52,216 bases of DNA from Verrucomicrobiia bacterium (GTDB taxonomy: Bacteria; Verrucomicrobiota; Verrucomicrobiia; Limisphaerales; UBA11358), in NCBI GenBank assembly GCA_037138135.1, contig JBAXIY010000002.1, forward strand, positions 1 to 52,216, given 5' to 3'. Numbering within the stretch: the stretch's first letter is position 1; the number at the start of each line of letters is the position of its first letter. This document shows, piece by piece, positions 43,613 through 51,300 of this stretch. Both the position numbers and the translations under genes were made by a program. The notes beneath the pieces are model-generated. The model was not told the origin of the DNA. It was given only the letters and a program-made list of their open reading frames with translations, and searched no databases.

Positions 43613-45106
43613 TCACGCCACGAGTCCGGCCCGAACGCAGACGTTGAGAAAGGCGGCCGCGGACCAAAGCTGATGACCGGAACCGTCGATCAAACCGCTG
43701 GGCAGGGGGATTTTTTCATGGAAGGAACCGAGGCCTGTTGCCCAATCGCTTTCATTATCCCCCTTTTTTTTCTTCGGCGCGAAGGCCGTTCCCAGCGATC
43801 GCCCGAGCAACGCCGCGTTCTGGTCCGTGTAATCGCCGCCGTCCGCCACAGCCTTGCCCCACAGAAAAAAGGTGTCGCAGAACGGCCAGCTCGCCATGTT
43901 GTGCGGCCCGGAATTGCCAGGAATGAATGGCGAGAACAACGGGATGCCTTTGTCGGTCATCGGATAATCCGCATAGGCCGATTTGGCGGCAGCGTCGGCC
44001 ACAATTCCGAAAATCGCCGCAAAGGCAGTTCCCAGAATTTCGCGGTTGGGCATGATTTTACCATGGCGATCCTTGTAATAAGCCAGCGTGCCGTCGAGCT
44101 TGGTGAATTCTTTCTTAATGGCGACTTTCAGCGCGGCGGCGCGGTCGAGCCACTGCTGCTTTTCCTTGGCCGGGCGACCGCATTTTTCGCAGGCATTGGC
44201 CATGGCGAGCAAGCCGCGGTAGTAGAGACAATTCGTGGAAAGCGCCTTCAGCAACACGCAATCGGCAATCTCCATTCCTTCGGGATACGCCGAGTTGGTG
44301 ATGTCATGGAAGAGCGGCTGCCCGCGATAAAGGCCATCGGCTTTATCGAACCACGGAGCATAGAACACCTTGAAAAAATGTTCGCCGTTTTCGAGCATCC
44401 ATTTCCAATCAGCCACCGCCGGGCGGAGCGTAAAAAGATCATCCGCCGCCCATAGCCAGACCACATCATCAGTAGCCCGGGTGTAGGAGTTGGTCTTGTA
44501 TTTCGCCATGACCTCTTTGTCCACTTCGGCGATCACTTCCCACGGGGCGTCGATCTCGCTGACCTTGTGCGGCGCCGAAACCCGGTAGCCCAGGGCCGTG
44601 CGGATTTCCCGCGTCAGCTTAAGCGATGACAACATCTCCGTGGGATAAAACCGATTCACACCCAGCACGCCGGCGATCGAAATGTCGCGTGTATAAACCC
44701 GGTCGCCATACCGCGTGCCAGCGCCAAAATAGACCGCACCCGACTCATGCTTCACCTGATTGCGCTCCACGTCGTCGAGGGCAATCTGCCACATGCGCTC
44801 GGTGAGCGGCGTGACGTCGCCTTTCAATGTCACCTTGCACTTGGGTTCTGGCGCGGGAAGTTGTGCCAGCGAAAAAGCGCCGTTGGCATCGCGCAAGGCA
44901 TCGGCCGTCATGACCAGCGACCCCTGCTCATAGAGGAAGCGCCGCCGAGCTTTCGTAGCGACGGCACTAGTCAGACCGGACTCGGCAAAAACCAAACCGG
45001 TCGCCAGCCCCGAACCGGACCACGCCAGCGCGGTGGTCATCGCGCCCAAAAAACTGCGCCGATTGAGCTGCATTCCCGAATTTGATTTTGATGCTGCGCG
45101 ACTCAT
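43613..45106 (-). CDS. Tat-signal six-hairpin glycosidase-like protein (paralogue of 829..2301)
   Basis: The ATG at 45106 forms an ATGA overlap with the stop of 45103..46938 and gives MSRAASKSNSGMQLNRRSFLGAMTTALAWSG, parallel to the paralogue's N-terminus. The 75 codons further upstream in the ORF track lie inside the upstream gene. An alternative ATG lies at 45073. Confidence 0.6.
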   Translation of the reverse strand: MSRAASKSNSGMQLNRRSFLGAMTTALAWSGSGLATGLVFAESGLTSAVATKARRRFLYEQGSLVMTADALRDANGAFSLAQLPAPEPKCKVTLKGDVTPLTERMWQIALDDVERNQVKHESGAVYFGAGTRYGDRVYTRDISIAGVLGVNRFYPTEMLSSLKLTREIRTALGYRVSAPHKVSEIDAPWEVIAEVDKEVMAKYKTNSYTRATDDVVWLWAADDLFTLRPAVADWKWMLENGEHFFKVFYAPWFDKADGLYRGQPLFHDITNSAYPEGMEIADCVLLKALSTNCLYYRGLLAMANACEKCGRPAKEKQQWLDRAAALKVAIKKEFTKLDGTLAYYKDRHGKIMPNREILGTAFAAIFGIVADAAAKSAYADYPMTDKGIPLFSPFIPGNSGPHNMASWPFCDTFFLWGKAVADGGDYTDQNAALLGRSLGTAFAPKKKKGDNESDWATGLGSFHEKIPLPSGLIDGSGHQLWSAAAFLNVCVRAGLVA

Positions 45107-46938
45107 TTCGATTTCAGTTTCTCGCAGAGTTGAGCAAACGATTTTTTCCCGTCGTATTTCAGAATCACCGAATGACGACCTGCCAATTTTACGGGTTCGG
45201 CTTTTCCGAAAGCTGGCACCGCGTATTCCTTCGCTGTGTCGCCCCAATTGAAGACGCCGAGATAAATCTCCTTCCCCTTGCGCGCAAGCACCAGCTCGAA
45301 GCCGTCGCCCTTGTTCTTGCCATGCTGCCAAAGATCCAGCGGCACGGTCTCATCCATCGCCGGATACTGGAACACTTCCTTCACCAGCGCCTGACGTTCC
45401 GGCCGGAGCGTCATGAGGTTGTCACTATTCAGACGGCAGGTGCCGTAGAGCTTGTTGAAGTCCGCCCACATTTGCGCTTCGTTCATAGTCATACTGCCGC
45501 CATGTTTGACGTCTTCCTGAGAAACCGTCGCGTCTTCATCGGCGGCCTCGCGGAAAACGAGGTAATCGGCGTCGCCATTCCAGACTTTGCCGCTCAGATA
45601 AAAGTTACTAAGATTGGCCAGACAGCGCTCGGGGAAAGCGTCGTATCTTGGAGAAATGTCGCCGCCGGTGCGCATGCCGTCCACAAAGCCGATGCACGGC
45701 CCGAACACCGCCGAGCAGCCGAGGAAATAGGTATCCGTCCCCATGGCCTCGCGCATGGCCTGCATCGCCAGACGGAATCGCTCCACGCTGGTGATCGTGG
45801 GATCATAAGCCTTGATTCCGTTCGCCGACTTGTTCTTGCCCAGAGTGTCGTTTTTCAGACCGTAACGCATGAAGTCCACCTTGAAATAGCGGATGCCCCA
45901 GTTCTCCTTCAGGTTGCGGATGCAGTCGGCGATATGCGCCCTTGCCCCGGGGTTCGAGTAATCGAAGTAAATATACCTCATCACCTTGTCCCCTTTGTCA
46001 TTCACCTCAACAATCAACTTGCCGTCCAGGTCGTGCAGGAAATATTCGGGGTGGGCTTTGTAGATCTCCGAATTCTCATCGCCCCGGAAGCCGTCGATGT
46101 GAATGCCGGGAATCTTGCCTTCGTATGTGATCCGAGAAACGATTTCCTTGATGCCGCCGGGCAGAAGGTCTGGCCGCACGCTCTGGTAATCGCCGCGCTC
46201 GGTCCACCAGCCGCCGTCGATCTGCACCATGTTCGCCTCGGGCGCGAGTCTATTCAGCACATCCATGTTGCCGTAGATATCTTTGGCGGTGAAAACCCGA
46301 CCGTAGTAGTCCCACGTCGCCCAACCTTTGAAATCGGCGGGCTTGAGCTTTTTGATGCCGTTCTCCGCCGCGATGGCCGCGCCGAATTGATCGAGCAGAG
46401 CGAGCCAGTCATTGGCGCGCCGGAGGACGATCGGCTCATACTGAATCGTCTCGCCCGGCTTGAGTTGCCGGCCTTCGCCATCGGACCAGATCTCAAGCGC
46501 CCCCTTTTTCACCGTGAAGTTCGGCAGGAAAATGCGCCACGACAACGAACCGGCAAACAGATACTTGCCGTCCGCCAGCCGCACCATCTCATACATGTGG
46601 CTGGAGCTTTTTGCGGTTAGGCTGCCGACATTCTGCCGCAGCAACGGCGTGCGCCCCATGCAACTGCCCCCATAGACCAGCGCCAGATCGTCCGCCAGTT
46701 TATCCGCCACCGGAATGCGCACGGTGATCTTCTCGATCTTCAACGGCTGCTTGCCTTGGTTGGAAAGCGTGATCGCCAACCGTTGAAAACCGTCCTTCTG
46801 TTCCTTCAGACTTTGGGTCGTCGTGACCGGCTGGTCCGACTTCACATCCACGGTGATGTCCGGCCACGCTGATGGTGTCGCCGCCCCTGCCAGTTGCGCC
46901 AGCAGCAGGCTGGCAATGAGTGTAAAAGTGTGTTTCAT
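45103..46938 (-). CDS. Secreted clan GH-D (GH36/GH27-like) alpha-galactosidase-like protein
   Basis: ATG 46938 gives MKHTFTLIASLLLAQLAGAA. Motifs: NMVQIDGGWWTERGDY, GIHIDGFRG and IRYFKVDFMRYG (K-x-D motif). Confidence 0.55.
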   Translation of the reverse strand: MKHTFTLIASLLLAQLAGAATPSAWPDITVDVKSDQPVTTTQSLKEQKDGFQRLAITLSNQGKQPLKIEKITVRIPVADKLADDLALVYGGSCMGRTPLLRQNVGSLTAKSSSHMYEMVRLADGKYLFAGSLSWRIFLPNFTVKKGALEIWSDGEGRQLKPGETIQYEPIVLRRANDWLALLDQFGAAIAAENGIKKLKPADFKGWATWDYYGRVFTAKDIYGNMDVLNRLAPEANMVQIDGGWWTERGDYQSVRPDLLPGGIKEIVSRITYEGKIPGIHIDGFRGDENSEIYKAHPEYFLHDLDGKLIVEVNDKGDKVMRYIYFDYSNPGARAHIADCIRNLKENWGIRYFKVDFMRYGLKNDTLGKNKSANGIKAYDPTITSVERFRLAMQAMREAMGTDTYFLGCSAVFGPCIGFVDGMRTGGDISPRYDAFPERCLANLSNFYLSGKVWNGDADYLVFREAADEDATVSQEDVKHGGSMTMNEAQMWADFNKLYGTCRLNSDNLMTLRPERQALVKEVFQYPAMDETVPLDLWQHGKNKGDGFELVLARKGKEIYLGVFNWGDTAKEYAVPAFGKAEPVKLAGRHSVILKYDGKKSFAQLCEKLKSK

Positions 46939-47045
46939 GGAGAATTGTATTAGTGCGATGAGCAAATTGGTGTCTATTTCATTTCAGCCGTTCGACGACG
47001 ATTATGACGGAAAACATTGGTGATTTTTCAACTTCGACCGTGCAA

Positions 47046-48197
47046 TTATTGCACACCAAATTTATAGATGATGGTGCTCCGAAACGTCTGGCCCGGCTGG
47101 AGCACGACCGACGGGAAATTGGGCTTGTTGGGTGAATCTGGATAATGTTGCGGCTCCAGGCATAAACCGGCGCGTTGCTGATAAATCACGCCGCCCTTAC
47201 CCTTGATGGTGCCGTTCAGGAAATTGCCGGTGTAAAACTGCAATCCGGGCTCATCGCTCCAGACCTCTAACACCCGCCCGCTGGCAGGTTCAACAACGCG
47301 CGCCGACAAGCCGAATTTACCCAGTGGTTTGTTGATGACCCAGGTCTGGTCGTAACCGCGAGCCTGTTGCAATGCCGGGTCAGGCTCATTGATGCGCGCC
47401 CCGATCTGGGTCGGTTGACGGAAGTCAAACGGGGTGCCAGCGACATCAGCAAATTCTCCGGTCGTGATTTGATCCTTGCCCACCGGCGTCGTCTGGTCGG
47501 CATTGATGTAAACCACATGGCCCAAAATGTCGCCATTCCACTGCCCGGCCAAATTGAAATAGGAATGATGCGTCAAGTTGATTACAGTTGTCTGATCGGT
47601 CGTGGCCGTAAATTCCAACTTCAACGCATTGTCTTCCGTCAGCGTATAAATCGCCGTGACCTCGAGATTGCCGGGGAAACCTTCTTCGCCATCCTTGCTC
47701 ACATAGGCCAGAATCATTGCCGGCCCCTGCGTGGTCAACATCGGTTGCGCCGCCCATACCACTTTATCAAAACCGACGCGGCCGCCGTGCAACGAGTTTG
47801 GGCCATTGTTGGTCGCGAGCGTGTAAGTCCGGCCTTCCAAGGTGAACTTCCCGCCCGCGATGCGGTTGCCGTAGCGACCAATCAGCGCGCCGAAGTAAGG
47901 ATTTTTATCAAGGTAACCCTGCAACTGGTCGTAGCCCAGCACGACGTCGGCAAACTGCCCCCTCTTGTCCGGCACGGAAAGCGATTGCACGATGCCGCCA
48001 TAAGTCATGATGCGCGCCTCAGCTCCTTGAGCATTTCGCAGCGTGTATATTTCAACGGCGTGGCCGTCCGCAGTCCGGCCAAAGGGTGTTTGCGTGATGC
48101 TGGATTTTACGTTGGGGGACAGCGCAACGCAGCCGGCAAAATACATTGCCGTAATTCCGAGCAAGATTGCCGCAAACAGTTTCATGAGTTTGTTCAT
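47046..48197 (-). CDS. galM: Aldose 1-epimerase (galactose mutarotase) with lipoprotein-type signal peptide
   Basis: Motifs follow the order seen in GalM: GALIGRYGNRIAGGKFTLEG, NSLHGGRVGFDKVVW, GFPGNLEVTAIYTL, HSYFNLAG, AGTPFDFR, LQFYTGNFL and GLCLEPQHYPDSPN. The N-terminus MNKLMKLFAAILLGITAMYFAGC has a lipobox-like FAGC. Confidence 0.88.
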   Translation of the reverse strand: MNKLMKLFAAILLGITAMYFAGCVALSPNVKSSITQTPFGRTADGHAVEIYTLRNAQGAEARIMTYGGIVQSLSVPDKRGQFADVVLGYDQLQGYLDKNPYFGALIGRYGNRIAGGKFTLEGRTYTLATNNGPNSLHGGRVGFDKVVWAAQPMLTTQGPAMILAYVSKDGEEGFPGNLEVTAIYTLTEDNALKLEFTATTDQTTVINLTHHSYFNLAGQWNGDILGHVVYINADQTTPVGKDQITTGEFADVAGTPFDFRQPTQIGARINEPDPALQQARGYDQTWVINKPLGKFGLSARVVEPASGRVLEVWSDEPGLQFYTGNFLNGTIKGKGGVIYQQRAGLCLEPQHYPDSPNKPNFPSVVLQPGQTFRSTIIYKFGVQ

Positions 48198-48260
48198 ATT
48201 GTTTCCGAACCAAATCTCCCTCCGCCCGCCACCAGCTTCACTGCCAACGCTTCTACTGAC

Positions 48261-48300
48261 TAAAAAGCTGCGGGGGAACCTCTTCAGGTTTCCCCCGCAG
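48261..48300 (-). terminator. Rho-independent terminator of the adhesin-like gene
   Basis: The minus strand reads CTGCGGGGGAAACCTGAAGAGGTTCCCCCGCAG followed directly by CTTTTTA. This is a GC-rich stem of about 14 bp with one bulged A and a GAAG loop. It starts about 46 nt after the stop at 48347. Confidence 0.75.
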
Positions 48301-48346
48301 TGAATTTCTTACCGACAATTAGCGCGGCTGACTCAACCTGTCAGGC

Positions 48347-51300
48347 TTATTGTTGAATCCGGTAGAAGTTTCTGGGCAGCGTGCTGTTCGTCGGGATGTT
48401 GTTGCTAAAATTGCCACTGCCGTCGAAGGTGTTCGTCAGCACCGCCGTCCACGTCGCAATGGACTGCGCCACATTCGTCGCCGTCAACATATTGTAGGTG
48501 CCGTTCGGCGCCCCGTTCGTGCCCGTCGCCACAAAATTCGCCCCCACGACCTTCGCGCTCGTGAACCGCGGCACCGGCGGATTCGTCACCGTCACCGTGA
48601 TGATCGAACTCGCTGAACCGCCAGCCCCGTTCGTGATTACGTAGTTCAACGTCGCCGTCGTGCTCGCGCCGGTCGCCGGCGTGAACAGCACGTTCGTGTT
48701 GTTGTTAATGATGCTCGCCGTCCCGCTGGACGGGCTCACGCTCACCAGCGTCAGCGGACGCCCCAGCGGGTCGCTGTCGTTCGCCAGCGGCGAGATCGTC
48801 ACCGGCACGTTCCAATATGTTGTGGCCGTGTCCGGATTCGCCACCGGCGGGAAGTTGGTCACAACTTGCGTCAGCGAGTTGGTGCTGGCCTGATAGCTGG
48901 CATCACCCAGATAAATCGCCTGAATGGTGTGGCTGCCCACGGTCAGCGCGCTGCTTGCGTAGCTGGCCGAACCGCCGGTCACCGCGTTGGTCGCCACGGG
49001 CGTGCCATCCACGCTGAAGACGTAGTTGCTCGTCGCAGCGGAAGCCGTGACCGAGTTCGTCTGCACCGTCGCGGTGAACGTCACGCTGCTGCCGTTCGTG
49101 GACGGGTTCGCCGAAGAGACCAGCAAGGTCGTCGTCGGAACGGTCGTGATGGCAGCTAAAGCCACGTGCAACTTGACCGCATTGGCGGTGGTGACCACGG
49201 TGCCGGTTGTCCCGCTGGCCAGCCCTGCCCCACTGATGACCACACTGCCAAACGATCCGGTGATGCCGCTGATGGTGTTCGTGATTAAAACATAATCACC
49301 AACATTCAGCGCATAGATGCCAGTGGAGACATAGATGGTGTTCCCGTTCAAGGCTAGCGCGTTGGTGGTGGTGAGTTGTCCGTTCGGCACATTATTCGTA
49401 TCAAGGGCAAACGTGTTCGTCGCCATGGCACCGGCGGAGAGGGTGACGCTCGCGCCAATCGCGCCGCTGCCGCCCAACGTGCTACCACTGGCCACAGTGA
49501 TGGTGCCCGAGTTGTTAGTGCTGGGGAGGTTGGCACCGTTGACCAACAACGTCGAGTTGCCGGTGACTGTCAGACCGCCGTTCACCGTCAGATCGCTCAC
49601 GACGCAGCGGGAGGCGCTGCCCAAAGACAACGCGGTGCCGCTGTTTACAATCCACTTTGGAGCGGTCAAGGTATTGGTCAAGGTCGTGGTCCAGGCTTGC
49701 GCCCCCGCTTTGGCAAAGCTGAACGGAGATCCGCCAGTTATAACGGTTGTGCCGGTGATACTCACATCCCCCAAGGCATTGATCGCGCCGCCCACATCAA
49801 ACTGGCCGGCGCTGATGGCCAGCGGGCCGTTCACGGTCAAAACGACGTTCCCGCCGCCAGCCCTAAAACTACCGCCGGTCATGGTAAAGTTCGTGACACT
49901 GACGCCCAAGACCTGAGATAGAGCCAATTCAAGGCGAGCCGGAGTGCCGGCCGTATTTTGAATGGTCAGATTGCCAACCGCCCAGTTGGTTATGGCGCCG
50001 TTGGCCATCCGGTAAACTTGATTGGTGACGTCGCCCTGGGCGTTCCAGATGAAATTCCCGAAGTTCTGCCCATAATTTAACTGGATATTGCCGGTAGTGC
50101 TGTTGGTAAAGGTGGAATTGATCTGGCACGTGGAGGCGGCGGCCCAAGTGGCAACCGGGATGACGCCCGACCCATTAACATTCTGATTATAGGTGCCGTT
50201 GATGGTCATTTGAACGCCGGTTCCATAATTCACCACCGTTGAGCCACCGGTGTGGTTCAACACCGCACCAGCGGCGATGAGGTTGGTGGTGTTATTTCCC
50301 AGATTCAGGGCGTTGGCCGTGGCCAGATTCAGCGTGCCATTCACCGTTAAGTTGTTTGCGTTCGTCTGGCCGGTGAGACGGTTTACGCTCAGTCCCCCGC
50401 CGCTTACCGTCAAGGTGCCGCCGGTGTTGACCGTCAAATTCACCGTCACCGCCGCTGCGGACACCGTCACCGTGTGCGAATTCAACACCACGACGGACTG
50501 ATGTCCAGCGTTGGGCGTTTCACCGTTGGTCGCATTCACAAAACCACTGCCACGATTCACACTCCACGTGTTGAAATCATTCCAGTCGCCACTTGCCCGG
50601 CTCTGGAAATCGTAGGTAAACGTTTGGGGTGAGGTGTTCGGGCTGATCAAGGCCACGACGACCTGACCCGCGCTCCCGGCGCTGCCGGCGCTACCACTGC
50701 CGCTAGTCCAGTTAGCCCCGGCTCCGCCACCACCAGGGACGGTGCCAGCACTGCCGGAAGCGTTTGCCGCAATACTTCCTCCCGCACCGCCCGCCAGCAG
50801 TGAACCCGCGCCACCGGATCCTCCGACGCCGCTAGATATGGAGCCAGCGTCGCCACCAGCTCCGGCATCGCCTGCACCGCCACCACCGCCGCCACCGCCG
50901 CTCACTGCGCTACCACCGGCGAAATTGGCGGTGGCTCCGGAAGAACCCGCCGCCCCACCTGCACCGCCCGTTCCGCCGGAAAGACCACCAGCCCCGCCAT
51001 TGGCTGTAATCGTGGTCAGGAAGCCACCGCCAAACCGGGAGTTGCCACCCGCAGTGCCGGGATTGCCAGTAGTTCCGATAGTGCCACGAACCCCGGCCGC
51101 CCCGACCGTCATCTGATAAGCGACGCCGCCTTGCAGCACCAACGCGGCGCTATAGGCGCTCGCGCCACCGCCACCGCCGCCGCCCTGTGTAAGCGGCGTA
51201 GAAGCTCCATTAGCGGCGGCACCGCCGCCACCACCACCAATTGCCAACACCGAAACATTGTAGTTGGTGCCGACAGTCAGGGTTCCGTTGTCATTGATGC

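Noticed and set aside
47001-47031. Possible sigma70-like promoter on the minus strand (TTGAAA ... CATAAT) between galM and the next gene.
   Set aside because: The spacer is 19 nt, which is too long for a canonical sigma70 promoter. The promoter consensus for the likely phylum is uncertain, and a single AT-rich match in a 107-nt gap is expected by chance.
50648-51256. GC-rich low-complexity stretch considered as a tandem repeat, a CRISPR-like array or non-coding DNA.
   Set aside because: There is no regular period and no repeat-spacer structure. It reads through in the same frame as the flanking domains and encodes a Gly-rich domain with interspersed hydrophobic strands.
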